Assembly (NCBI GenBank): GCA_963678065.2
Contig: CAXXVZ010000004.1
Location: forward strand, 576,001 to 640,000
Source: Treponemataceae bacterium
GTDB lineage: Bacteria; Spirochaetota; Spirochaetia; Treponematales; Rectinemataceae
Reading direction: 5' to 3'
DNA: 64,000 nucleotides
The notes beneath the pieces are model-generated. The model was not told the DNA's origin, did not search any database, and saw only the letters and a program-made list of their open reading frames with translations. Of the stretch, positions 9,896-19,695 are shown piece by piece (the first letter of the stretch is position 1; the number at the start of each line of letters is the position of its first letter). The translations under genes were made by a program, and so were the position numbers.

Positions 9896-12400
9896 TCAAT
9901 CGGTCTCCGAATGCTTCTTGATCGTCGCGACGAGCTCGTCGAGGGTGAAGGGCTTGGAGATGACGTCATCCATGCCCGAAGCGAAACAGCGCTCCCGCTC
10001 CGACTCCATGACGCTCGAAGTCATGCCTATGATGACGGGCCTTCCGGGGCCTTTCAGCTGGCGCATGCGGGAAGAACTCTCGTAGCCGTCCATGACGGGC
10101 ATCACGCAATCCATGAACACGATGTCGTACTCGTTGCGCAGGCAGGCCGCAAGCGCTTGCCGCCCGTCGGTGGCGATGTCCGCCGTGTAGGCGCGGGACT
10201 TCAACATGCGCATGATGATTTCACGGTTGACCTCGCCGTCCTCGGCAAGGAGGATGCGGGGTTTGAAGGGAAGGTCGGAACACTCGCTGCCTGGAGCGGG
10301 TTGCAAGGAGGCTCCGGTCTCCTCGCGGATCACGGGCGCACGGGCAGGTGTCCGGCCCTGGTCAGAGGGATTGAAGTTCGAGGCATCAGGATTTGCTTTA
10401 TCAGCGACTGCCGAAGAAGAACCGCCTTGGACCGTCCCCGCGGGTACATTCGCGGCCCGGGTCAGTCCGGGATCTGAACTTCCCGGCCCGGTCTTCGCGG
10501 CCGCGGAGTTCTCAGCTCGTGCCCTGCGTCCCAGGCCAAAAAACGTTTTTTTCCGAAGCGGGACTTCCGCGGCAGGAATGGTCTGCACAGCCGACAAAGA
10601 AGGCTGCGCCGCGCGCGGCTCTCCCTCAGCCGGAGGAGCGCCTGGTCCCGGTTCCGCGGCAGTCAATTCAGTCAATTCAGTCGATTCTGCCGATTCTGCC
10701 GATTCTGCCGTGACAGAAGTTTCGGGCACCGGGGCAGGTTCTTCTTCCTTCGAAAGCCTGAAGCGGAGTGTAAATCGGACCATGAGCCCCTGCCCCGACC
10801 CGGGTTCGTACTCGAGGTGCCCGCCGAGCAGGTGCACGAGGGAGCCCGCGAGGGACATGGACAGTCCCGTGGTGGCGAATCGTCTTGAAGGGGAGCCTCT
10901 GGCCGAGCTGAAGGCCTCGAAAATATTCCCCGGATTCGTCGGATCGAGGTTGGAGCCGGTATCTCTGACTATGAAGCGCAGGACGGCCCCGTTGTTGCCC
11001 ATGTCCTCCAGGATCACCGAGAGGGCCACTTCGCCCTTGTCGGTGTAGGCGATGGACTCGCCGACGAGATTGTAGAGGATGCGGCGCAGCCGGGCAGGAT
11101 CGCCGAAGAGGCTCTGGGGGATGACGGCCTCCACGGAGGTCTGGAGGTTTATCTTCTTGGCTTTGACATGCCCGGCGAAATCGTCGATGAGCTCCGAGAC
11201 GATGGACCTGATATCGAATTCGATAGACTCGGGTTTGGCTTCGAACCTTTCGAGGGAGACGGTTTCCCTGAGATCGGAGGAAAGCCTCCTCAGCATGCGG
11301 AAGGCATGGCGGGAGGCGACGACCGGAGAGATGACAGCGGTCCCGGAAACTGTCTCATCGGCGCTCGCAGCCGCGGCCTCATGGCCGTCAATGGGAGCGT
11401 TTGCTGAGGAGGAGGCAGGTTCGATACCGCCCAAGAAAGCGGCGACCGGAGCGAGAGCATTGCGGATTTCTCCGGAAACTGACTCAAGAAGGATCGTGGC
11501 ATCCGGGTCGTCGGCAGTCCGGGAGCCATTGCCCTCGCGGGAGAACAGGCCGGCGATGATGATGGCGGCGCAGGCGATCAGTCCCGCGAGGAGGATGAGA
11601 TAGTCGGTCGGAAGCGCCTTTTCCCATCCGGCGGAAGGGATTGCAGCCAGCTCCCATACCAGTCCGGGGAGATTTACCGGCACCCGGACGGGGTTGTCGG
11701 CCAGGATTTCCCTTCTTCCCCAAAACACGGATTTGAGGGAGGGGTTCTGCGCATCCGGTCCCGAAAGCGCAAATCTGACCGCGCCCGTATCGTCCTTCAG
11801 TCCTGTCTTCTTGAGCACCTTGCCGAAATCGACCGCGGTGCTTATCACACCCCACAATTTCTCGGAGCCCTTTTCCGGAATGAACACCGCGGCGCGGGCA
11901 TAGACGGAAAAACCTCCTTCCAGGGATTCCGAGGGGCCTGAGGCTACCGGTGTTTTTTTGTCAATCGCATCGACGACAGCCCGGCGCCGTTCCGGATTGG
12001 AGAGAAGATCGTGACCTATGAGAGACTGGCCTTTAGTCCTGGGATAGTACCACGCCACGATGGCGTTCGGCGCCGCGCTCACCGATGTGATTGCCGTGTC
12101 GGGCGGAAGCATAGCATAAGTGAGGGTGTCGAGCTCGGAGGATGTGACGGAAGGCTTGCGCGCGACGATCGCCGCGATTCGCTGCGCCGTTCCGAGTTCG
12201 GCATTGAACGCGCTCTCTATCCTTGAGCGGGTCATTCCAAGCTGTATGGAGAGACTCTTTTCAGTCTCGCGAGCCCTCTCGCCGATATGCAGGAAAAAGA
12301 GACCGGCAAATACTGCAGCCAGTGTGATCGCAGCAATCAGATGCGGCAGCAGCTCCGACAGCTTTTTTTTCCAGTCCATCGAGTAGGTCATCGGTTTCAT
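9896..12400 (-). CDS. CHASE-domain hybrid sensor with degenerate (pseudo) kinase core and intact receiver domain
   Basis: Two TM segments flank a CHASE-like region (IGHDLLSNPERR). HisKA/HATPase-like segments have substituted catalytic residues. C-terminal REC: ILLAEDG...IVFMDCVMPVMDG...ISKPF. Confidence 0.82.
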   Translation of the reverse strand: MKPMTYSMDWKKKLSELLPHLIAAITLAAVFAGLFFLHIGERARETEKSLSIQLGMTRSRIESAFNAELGTAQRIAAIVARKPSVTSSELDTLTYAMLPPDTAITSVSAAPNAIVAWYYPRTKGQSLIGHDLLSNPERRRAVVDAIDKKTPVASGPSESLEGGFSVYARAAVFIPEKGSEKLWGVISTAVDFGKVLKKTGLKDDTGAVRFALSGPDAQNPSLKSVFWGRREILADNPVRVPVNLPGLVWELAAIPSAGWEKALPTDYLILLAGLIACAAIIIAGLFSREGNGSRTADDPDATILLESVSGEIRNALAPVAAFLGGIEPASSSANAPIDGHEAAAASADETVSGTAVISPVVASRHAFRMLRRLSSDLRETVSLERFEAKPESIEFDIRSIVSELIDDFAGHVKAKKINLQTSVEAVIPQSLFGDPARLRRILYNLVGESIAYTDKGEVALSVILEDMGNNGAVLRFIVRDTGSNLDPTNPGNIFEAFSSARGSPSRRFATTGLSMSLAGSLVHLLGGHLEYEPGSGQGLMVRFTLRFRLSKEEEPAPVPETSVTAESAESAESTELTELTAAEPGPGAPPAEGEPRAAQPSLSAVQTIPAAEVPLRKKTFFGLGRRARAENSAAAKTGPGSSDPGLTRAANVPAGTVQGGSSSAVADKANPDASNFNPSDQGRTPARAPVIREETGASLQPAPGSECSDLPFKPRILLAEDGEVNREIIMRMLKSRAYTADIATDGRQALAACLRNEYDIVFMDCVMPVMDGYESSSRMRQLKGPGRPVIIGMTSSVMESERERCFASGMDDVISKPFTLDELVATIKKHSETD
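10661..10710. repeat. 9-bp tandem repeats in the sensor linker (encoding AES/TEL repeats)
   Basis: GTCAATTCA x2 followed by (G)TCGATTCTGCCGATTCTGCCGATTCTGCC. Confidence 0.8.
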
Positions 12401-12454
12401 GCGACTCCCGGCAGGCAGTTTTCTCTTTTCGTGGGCGCACGGGCGCTTTTTCTT

Positions 12455-12483
12455 ACTGTAGATTCTCCGACACAGACAGTCAA
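12455..12483 (-). promoter_or_regulatory. Putative promoter for the hybrid sensor gene
   Basis: TTGACT-17 nt-TACAGT on the minus strand. Confidence 0.4.
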
Positions 12484-12581
12484 CCTGAACGCGTCAAAGA
12501 TTGTCAGTATTTACCGTATCGGAAACGATGACAGGCATTCCAGCACAGCCATCGGCGGTACAATCACCGGCGTCCACGCCG

Positions 12582-12611
12582 GGCAGAGAAAGCCCGAAGG
12601 CTTTCTCTGCC
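12582..12611. repeat. Perfect 13-bp hairpin just beyond the intron 3' end
   Basis: GGCAGAGAAAGCC-CGAA-GGCTTTCTCTGCC. Confidence 0.75.
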
Positions 12612-12625
12612 ATCGGTATCTCAGG

Positions 12626-14550
12626 ATCGAGTAGGAGGGGGGCTCACGCCCCCCGTCCTCTCACACCACCGTACGTACGGTTCCGTATACGGCGGTTTCC
12701 AGAATATCACCTAATCAAACAGAGTCGATCGATCATCGAAACGAGTCCCACACTATCAAAGTATTTTTTGGGGAATGCGAAGCGTATGTGCTGAGCGCCG
12801 GAGTTCCACCACGGTCCGCGTTGGTTGAAGGCGGAACGGACTGCCGTTTCTTCCGGCAAGCCCCGCTCCATGAGCCGTTTCCGTCGCGTCCATGGTCTCT
12901 TCCATTGCCGCCAGAGGTTGCAGCGCAGTTTCCTGCGAAGCCATCCGTCCAGCTCTTCCGCGAATCGCTTCGTCTCGGCGAGGGAGTAATACTGAATCCA
13001 GCCGCGAACGAGGGGGGGTAGGGTTTCCGTGACAAACCAATAAAGATTTCGGCCCTGCGCTCCTCGAAAGAGAGCTTTGACCTTTTCTTTGAACCGATCG
13101 ATCGACGATTCCGCCACCCGTATCCTCGTCTGCCGTTCGCAGGTGAAGGAATAGCCGAGAAACTTGCGTTCCCACGGTCGGGCTACCGCACTTTTCTCCC
13201 GGTTCACTTTGAGTCTGAGTCTGCCCTCGATGAACCGCGAGATCGATGCCATCACCCGCTCCCCTGCCCGCGTGCTCGCGACGTAGATGTTGCAGTCGTC
13301 CGCGTAGCGGCAGAATGACAGTCCGCGTTTCTCCAGCTCCTTGTCCATCGCGTCGAGCATGATGTTGGACAGTAGCGGCGACAGAGGCCCGCCCTGCGGC
13401 GTTCCCTTGTCCCGATCCCTCACGACGCCGCCCTTCATGACCCCCGCTTGCAGGTATCGCCGAATCAGTTTCAGGACCTTCTTGTCCCGCACCCTTTTCG
13501 CGATCCTCGCCATCAGGTGATCATGATTCACTTCATCGAAAAACTTCGCCAAATCGATGTCTACAACCCACCGCTTCCCCGCGAGCTGGAACTCCTTCGC
13601 TTTCCGGATCGCGTCGTGCGCTCCCCGTCCAGGTCGGAAGCCATAGCTGTTCGGCGAAAACTCAGGCTCGAATATCGGGCTCAGAACTTGATGAAGTGCC
13701 TGCTGGATGAGCCGATCCACGACCGTCGGTATGCCGAGTTGCCGCTTCCCACCATTGGGTTTCGGAATCTCGACACCTCGCACAACCTCGGGCCGCTACG
13801 TACCCGCCAGCAGCCTTTCCTTGACCTCGAACCAGTGCGCTTGAAGCCAGGGCTTCAGGTCTTCAACACTCATCTTGTCGACTCCCGCCGCTCCTTTGTT
13901 CCCCACCACCCGCGCATAGGCTTCGAGCATGTTCCCGCGTTCGACCAGACGCTCGATCAACTCCGTCGTTTCGGGGTTCGTCGTTTCCGTTCCCGTCACC
14001 GAGCCCTCCACCCATGCGCTTGCTGTCGGGTTTCCGTCCCTATCCTCCGCGCACGCCGGTCTCGTCCCCGTATCCGGGCGACTCCTCCGTGTCTGTGTTC
14101 ATTGGGTCTCGTGAAGGTCCGGCTGACTCGCCGTTCTTCTGGATTCAGCCCTTCGCGTCCGGTCGTTGACGCTACTATGACCTCTGCTGACTTCTGGCCA
14201 TCCATTTCCCCGCCTCGTGACGGGAATAGCCGCTTTGGCGGATGGTCAGATCTCCCCGGGTAATGCACCGTGACTACTGTCACGACCTACCTTCACGCTT
14301 ATACCCGCCGCATCTACAGAAAGAGATTCCGTGTACGTATTGGACTTTGAAGATATTGGCCTTCTCATCCTCTCCTCCTGCCTCATACGATTCCTGTCCG
14401 TCAGGCCAGCGCTTTGCCTTCACCTTCCTTCAGATTCAGGGTCGCCCCTGACACCCTTGGCGTTCGGCTAACGGTTCCCCTTACCGGGCCCGTACGGGAC
14501 TTGGCGATTCCTCGCCGCACCCGCAAGTTGGTGCACCCTGCCGGGCGCAC
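12626..14550 (-). mobile_element. Group II intron, class C (IIC), 1925 nt
   Basis: 5' GTGCG at 14550 directly after a terminator U-tract. Domain V AACCGCCGTATACGGAACCGTACGTACGGTGGTG with CGC triad, domain VI ending CCTACTCGAT at 12626, internal RT ORF. Confidence 0.93.
12707..14011 (-). pseudogene. ltrA: Group II intron reverse transcriptase/maturase interrupted by an in-frame TAG at 13796-13798
   Basis: ORFs 13796..14011 and 12707..13783 are in the same frame: NKGAAGVD...LLAGT*RPEVVRGVEIPK...GTPQGGPLSPLL...RYADD, then X domain; no endonuclease domain. Confidence 0.88.
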
Positions 14551-14551
14551 C

Positions 14552-14587
14552 AAAAAAAAGGACGCATGGCTTTCACCATGCGTCCTT
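14552..14587 (-). terminator. Intrinsic terminator of tRNA-Cys (intron target site)
   Basis: Minus strand AAGGACGCATGG-TGAAAG-CCATGCGTCC followed by T8. Confidence 0.88.
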
Positions 14588-14589
14588 GA

Positions 14590-14661
14590 AGGCGCCGATC
14601 GGAATCGAACCGATGCATGAAGCTTTTGCAGAGCTCTCCCTTACCGCTTGGGTACGGCGCC
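14590..14661 (-). tRNA. tRNA-Cys(GCA), CCA not encoded
   Basis: GGCGCCGTACCCAAGCGGTAAGGGAGAGCTCTGCAAAAGCTTCATGCATCGGTTCGATTCCGATCGGCGCCT; U73 discriminator. Confidence 0.96.
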
Positions 14662-14672
14662 AAAGTACAATG

Positions 14673-14701
14673 AATATATATAGAACGAAAGATTTTGTAA
14701 A
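14673..14701 (-). promoter_or_regulatory. Promoter for tRNA-Cys
   Basis: TTTACA-17 nt-TATATT. Confidence 0.55.
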
Positions 14702-14790
14702 GACCTGGCCCCGGAAACTATCGATTTTCATCGCGGGGGCAGCAGAGCGAGGGCGCCTTCCCAGGTGCGGAAGACCGGATATGGGAACAT

Positions 14791-14826
14791 AAAAAGGACC
14801 GGCCGATAGTACCGACCGGTCCTTTT
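14791..14826 (-). terminator. Terminator after secF
   Basis: AAAAAGGACCGG...CCGGTCCTTTT inverted repeat. Confidence 0.7.
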
Positions 14827-14856
14827 CCTCGCATCCGTTCCGGATGCTTCGGGATT

Positions 14857-16104
14857 TTACTTCGTTTCCAGGGCCGGAGCCTTATCGTTGCCGGTCTTCC
14901 TGTCGAGGATCACGCGTTTTTCTTTCCTGTCTTCCCACCAGAGAACGAATGCGCTTGCGATGTAGAGAGTGGAATAGGTGCCGGAGATCATTCCGACGAA
15001 GAGGGCGACGGCGAAGTCCTTGATGCTGCCCGTCGTGAAGAAGATGAGAGCGAGGACGGTGAGCATCGTGCACAAGGTAGTGATGATCGTGCGCGAGAGA
15101 GTGATAGTGAGGGCCGAGTTGAGGACGTCTTTGAACCTCTCGGTCGGTCTCAGCTTGCGCTCTTCGCGGACGCGGTCAAACTGGACGATGGTGTCGTTGA
15201 TCGAGTAGCCGAGGATGGTCAGGATTGCGGCTATCGTCGAGGTGTTGAACTCCATGCGTGTCCAGACCACGAAGCAGACCATGATGAGGGCGTCGTGAAG
15301 GGTCGCGAGGACGGCGCCCATGCCATACTGGAAGCCGAACCTGAGCGTGGCATAGGCGAGGATGACGAGAACCGTCGCAAGGATCAGGGTGGCCGCGGTC
15401 CTGGAGAGCGACTCGGAGTACCGGGCACCGACGTAGTCAGTCTGCATGACGACGACGCGGGAAACGCCGAAGGTCTTCTCGAGAGACTCGCGGATGAGGG
15501 CAGGAGCAGTCTGGGAAAAATTCACTTCCTTGCCCTTGTCCTGGACGCGGATGAGATAACGCTGAAGCGATACTGGTTTGACCTGCTGCACGGAGATGTC
15601 GCCCTTGCCGTTGAGGGACTCGCGGACCTTTTCGATCGTGGCAAATTTCTCGGCTTCGTCCGCAGGAGCCCTGTGCATGACGAATGGATCCATTCCGAGG
15701 CGAGTGTCGCCCTGGAAGGTCGGAACGAGAAGCTTCGATGCGACCGCAGGCTGATCCACGACAGTCGCCGCAAGACCTGGAAGTGCGGAAATCGCTGCTG
15801 CCACGTCGGAAAGAGCGGGGGCCTTCTGATAATCGATCACGACAGTCTTGTTCTCGATCTCAGCGCCGGAAAACACAAGTGTTGCCTTGTCTTCCGCGAC
15901 CGACATCGTGACATTGCCTTTGCCGCTGTAGGTGACGTTGAGGGCCGGATACGCGAGCTGTACCGTCTGGTTAATGCCTGCCTGAAAGTCGACGCCGAGG
16001 TTGAAACCCATGGTCAGGTAGCCGATGATCCCGAGCAGGATCAGCGATGTCGACATGATGGCTGCAGGAATATAGAATTTGCTGAACTGGACGACACGTT
16101 TCAT
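14857..16104 (-). CDS. secF: Protein translocase subunit SecF
   Basis: NLGVDFQAG, GYSINDTIVQFDRVRE and TLSRTIIT motifs. Confidence 0.95.
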   Translation of the reverse strand: MKRVVQFSKFYIPAAIMSTSLILLGIIGYLTMGFNLGVDFQAGINQTVQLAYPALNVTYSGKGNVTMSVAEDKATLVFSGAEIENKTVVIDYQKAPALSDVAAAISALPGLAATVVDQPAVASKLLVPTFQGDTRLGMDPFVMHRAPADEAEKFATIEKVRESLNGKGDISVQQVKPVSLQRYLIRVQDKGKEVNFSQTAPALIRESLEKTFGVSRVVVMQTDYVGARYSESLSRTAATLILATVLVILAYATLRFGFQYGMGAVLATLHDALIMVCFVVWTRMEFNTSTIAAILTILGYSINDTIVQFDRVREERKLRPTERFKDVLNSALTITLSRTIITTLCTMLTVLALIFFTTGSIKDFAVALFVGMISGTYSTLYIASAFVLWWEDRKEKRVILDRKTGNDKAPALETK

Positions 16105-17835
16105 TTATGCTTTCCTCCAGCTGATGGAGACATGCTTCTTGCCCAGGACATCCGTCTCGAAATCGAAGATGAGGCGCGAAACGAAGAGGGCGGTGAAAAG
16201 GCTCGTTATGTTGCCGATAGCGAGCGATACGGCGAAGCCCTGGATAGGCCCGGACCCGAGCTGGGCCAGGAACAGGGCGGCGATGATCGTCGTTATGTTG
16301 GAGTCCATGACGGCCCAGAAGGCTTTGTCGAAGCCGGTGTTGATGACCGCCTTGCGAGCCTTACCCAGAACTATTTCTTCCTTCATGCGCTCGAAGATGA
16401 CGACGCTCGCGTCGACGGCCATTCCGACCGTGAGGACGAAGCCGGCGATGGACGGCAGGGTGAGTGTCAATTTGAAAGCCGTGAGGACTGCGAGCATTAT
16501 GTAGAGGTTGAGTATCTGGGCGATCGTGGCGTTGAAGCCGGCGCCTTTGTAATACGCAAACATGAAAACGAAGACTCCGAGGATTCCGACCAGGATCGCC
16601 GTCCGTCCCTGTGCGATGGAGTCCTCGCCGAGGGATGCGCCGATCGCCTGCTGGCTCACGACGGAAAGTTCGATGGGAAGCGCGGCCGTCCTGAGGAGCC
16701 GGGCCAGGTTGTTGGCTTCATCTGCGCCGAATCCGGTGATGCGGACCTGGTCGTGGATCGGCTCGGAGATCCGGGCGCTCGCCTTGATGCGGTCGTCGAG
16801 GACGACGCACATCGTCTTCCCGACGTTGTCGGATGTGAGCTTGTAGAACAAGTCGCCGCCCTGCTTGTCGAGGGCGAAATTGGTGTCGGGCTGACCGGTG
16901 ATGGAATCCGTGGAAACCTGGGCGCTCTGGACGTGAGTTCCGTCGAGTCCGGCTTCCTGTTTGATGACAAGGTAGCGACCCGTGAACTGGTCGAGGCCGT
17001 AGGTGTCCTTTTCGTAGACTTTACGGATGACGGAGCCCGCGGCGATCATTGTGGGATCGGCGACGGTCATCGTGCGCTCGTCGACGGCGAGGGGTTCTTG
17101 CTGGAGCAGAGCCTGCAATTTCGTGTTGGACTCGTCGTCGACAATATGGAAGGCGAGACTGCCACGTCCCATGATGATGGAGTTGATGCGCTCGGGGTCC
17201 GGCGTGCCGGGAATCTCGACGTAGATCTGATCCTCGCCCTGCTGGCGGATGACGGGTTCGGTGAGGCCGAAGGTGTCGATGCGGCTGTTGAGGATCTCGA
17301 TGCCGCGCTTCATGGCGTCTTCGCGCTCGGAAGCGGATAGCTGGTGGCCCACCTTCCCGGCGAGAGCCTTCATGTCGGCCTGGATGATGACGCTCATGCC
17401 ACCGGAGAGGTCGAGACCGAGCTGGATGGCGTTGCCGTGACGGTTCTTGAGGTCAAGGACGCGCTTGCGGTAGAAGCCTTCGACAGAGTCGAAGGCGGCG
17501 CGTTCGCTCTCGAAGCCGGAGAGGGTCGCCTGGGCGGTCCAGGCCTTCGGCGCAGCTTTTTTGGCGACCTTGTATGCCTTCGCGGCGAGGGCGGCGACTT
17601 CGCTGTAATCCTTGGCGACGGATTTTTCGTCTCCGGCCGCGGCGAGCTTCTTGAGTTCGGTCAGCTCGGCGTAGGCCATGCGGCGCGAATACTCGCGGAT
17701 CTGTTCGCGAGAACCGACGGCGAGAGCCTGGTCCTCTTTCGGTGTGAGGAAATACCACTGAATGGTCGGGAACAGGAAGGCGAGCGCGATGGCGAGCACC
17801 GCAAGAACGATGATGAATCGTTTGGTTTTACTCAT
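16105..17835 (-). CDS. secD: Protein translocase subunit SecD
   Basis: LGLDLSGG, RIDTFGLTEP and GMAVDASVVIFERMKEE motifs. Confidence 0.96.
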   Translation of the reverse strand: MSKTKRFIIVLAVLAIALAFLFPTIQWYFLTPKEDQALAVGSREQIREYSRRMAYAELTELKKLAAAGDEKSVAKDYSEVAALAAKAYKVAKKAAPKAWTAQATLSGFESERAAFDSVEGFYRKRVLDLKNRHGNAIQLGLDLSGGMSVIIQADMKALAGKVGHQLSASEREDAMKRGIEILNSRIDTFGLTEPVIRQQGEDQIYVEIPGTPDPERINSIIMGRGSLAFHIVDDESNTKLQALLQQEPLAVDERTMTVADPTMIAAGSVIRKVYEKDTYGLDQFTGRYLVIKQEAGLDGTHVQSAQVSTDSITGQPDTNFALDKQGGDLFYKLTSDNVGKTMCVVLDDRIKASARISEPIHDQVRITGFGADEANNLARLLRTAALPIELSVVSQQAIGASLGEDSIAQGRTAILVGILGVFVFMFAYYKGAGFNATIAQILNLYIMLAVLTAFKLTLTLPSIAGFVLTVGMAVDASVVIFERMKEEIVLGKARKAVINTGFDKAFWAVMDSNITTIIAALFLAQLGSGPIQGFAVSLAIGNITSLFTALFVSRLIFDFETDVLGKKHVSISWRKA

Positions 17836-17928
17836 TCCGGCAACTCCAGGAGATTGATGGTCATCGCGCGCCGGAGCATCCGGGGAACCGGTGCATCCAG
17901 CGGCGCAGACCTCGCGTACGTTTGAGGC

Positions 17929-18333
17929 TTATTTTTTTCCGTCCGCGGAAGGCGCGGATTCAGCCGACTTGTCGGCAATTTTGTCGACCGGCTTGTCCTG
18001 AGTCTTTTCGTCCGTCTTGTTGACGACGGAGGCGATGGCGGACTTGGAGAACTCGATGCGGGCCTCGTCGTCGACCTTGACGATCACCGTGGTTTCCTTG
18101 ACAGCGTGGACGACTCCGTGCACTCCGCCAATCGTGACGATCTTGTCGCCTTTCTTGACGGCCGAGATCATTTTTTGGGCATCTTTCTGCTTCTTGTTCT
18201 GGGGCCGGATGATGAGGAAGTAGAAAATGACGAAGACCAGGCCGAATGTCACGAGAGTGGACAACATCTGCATGGTCGAGTTGCCGCCGGCGGCGGCCTG
18301 CATCAGGGCGAGGTTCGGAAGAATAGCGTTCAT
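17929..18333 (-). CDS. yajC: Preprotein translocase subunit YajC
   Basis: FYFLIIRPQNKKQK...KGDKIVTIGGVHG; AAGGA RBS before MNAILP. Confidence 0.94.
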   Translation of the reverse strand: MNAILPNLALMQAAAGGNSTMQMLSTLVTFGLVFVIFYFLIIRPQNKKQKDAQKMISAVKKGDKIVTIGGVHGVVHAVKETTVIVKVDDEARIEFSKSAIASVVNKTDEKTQDKPVDKIADKSAESAPSADGKK

Positions 18334-18474
18334 ATAGGTTTCCTTATAAGGAAAGATTCGGAGCAAGCTAACACGGAACGGGAAGCGACGTCAAGTTTTA
18401 TCGTCCCCACTGGAGAGGATGGGCCGGCCGCGACAGAAAAGAGATTCCGTCCGCAGCCGGCACACATCGCGGGA

Positions 18475-19416
18475 TCAGGCCGTGATGATGGTTCCGGCTG
18501 CGCCGTCCACCGCCGCGCTCGCGTTTTGCATGGAAGTGATGATGACTTTTGTTCCGCCGCGCCTTATGAAGTCGCAGGCGGCCTCGATCTTCGGCCCCAT
18601 CGATCCCTTGGGGAATTGGCCTTCGGCCAGGTACTTCTCGCACTCGGCGACCGTCATCCTGTCGAAATACTTCTGGTCGGGCTTCTTGTAGTTGATCGCG
18701 ACCCTGTCAACGCCGGTCAGGATGAGAAGTTCGTCGGCCGCGATGAGGTTGGCGAGGAGGGCCGAGGCGCGGTCCTTGTCGATCACCGCGTCGACGCCGG
18801 AGAGCGTGCCGTCGGCGTCGCGCTTGACGGGGACTCCCCCGCCGCCGACCGCGATGACGACCTTGCCGTCGTCGATGAGGTCCCTGATCGTGTCCTTCTC
18901 GATCACGTCCAAGGGAAGGGGCGAAGCGACGACGCGGCGGAAACCGCGACCGGGATCGGCCTTGACGATCCATCCGCGCCTTGAGAGCGATTCGACCTGC
19001 TCTTCCTTGTAAAAGGGACCGACATACTTTGTGGGGTTGAGCATGGAGGGATCGGCGGGGTCGACCTCGACCTGGGTGACCACGGTGACGACGTCCTTCT
19101 TCACGCCCGCGAGGTGGAGGGCGTTGCCGAGGCACTGGGCGAGCATGTAGCCCATGGACCCCTGCGTGTCGGCCACGATGACGTTGAGGCTGGCGGGAGG
19201 AACCTGCCGTGAAGCCGCCTCGTTCCTTATGAGGTGGACTCCAGCCTGGGGACCGTTGCCGTGAGAAAGGACAACCTTGTGCCCTTCGGCTATCATGCCG
19301 ACTATCGCATCCATGCTCTTCCGGGTATTCGCAAACTGCTGGTCTATCGTGCCTTCGGTGCCCTCTTCTATGATGGCGTTTCCCCCGAGGGCGACTACGA
19401 TGGTTTTCCTGTTCAT
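18475..19416 (-). CDS. arcC: Carbamate kinase
   Basis: VVALGGNA, HGNGPQ, RRVVASP, AVIDKD and GSMGPK motifs; AGGAG RBS before MNRKT. Confidence 0.93.
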   Translation of the reverse strand: MNRKTIVVALGGNAIIEEGTEGTIDQQFANTRKSMDAIVGMIAEGHKVVLSHGNGPQAGVHLIRNEAASRQVPPASLNVIVADTQGSMGYMLAQCLGNALHLAGVKKDVVTVVTQVEVDPADPSMLNPTKYVGPFYKEEQVESLSRRGWIVKADPGRGFRRVVASPLPLDVIEKDTIRDLIDDGKVVIAVGGGGVPVKRDADGTLSGVDAVIDKDRASALLANLIAADELLILTGVDRVAINYKKPDQKYFDRMTVAECEKYLAEGQFPKGSMGPKIEAACDFIRRGGTKVIITSMQNASAAVDGAAGTIITA

Positions 19417-19695
19417 GCGCGCTCCTTTTCTCGGAATCCGTGATTCAGGCGGATCCGGCAAAGGGTCGATTATAGTCCGGAAATCTTTTGCAGGCAAGAA
19501 AGAAGGATTCAATCGATGAACCGCATGGATATGCAAACCGGCGGAGTATATGAGGACATTTTTCTATAAAATTCCGGATATTTCCCGAGGATGCCAGGAT
19601 TCATGAATATTTCCACTCATCGCGGGCACAGACCCGCATCGGACAGCTCTTTCTGCTTCGTCTGTCCAAGCCTGTCCGGCTCGGTCCGGCGCCCT

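Noticed and set aside
13796..13798. Pyrrolysine or programmed read-through of the RT amber codon
   Set aside because: The position is normally Tyr, one substitution explains it, and no pyl genes are present in the window.
18334..18474. Arrest-peptide uORF upstream of yajC-secD-secF
   Set aside because: There is no ORF with a signal segment and RAPP/RAGP motif, and a promoter-like TTGACG-N17/18-TAGCTT sits directly upstream of yajC.
19522..19535. ARG-box-like CGCATGGATATGCA upstream of arcC
   Set aside because: It is a single imperfect box with a non-AT core and no tandem partner.
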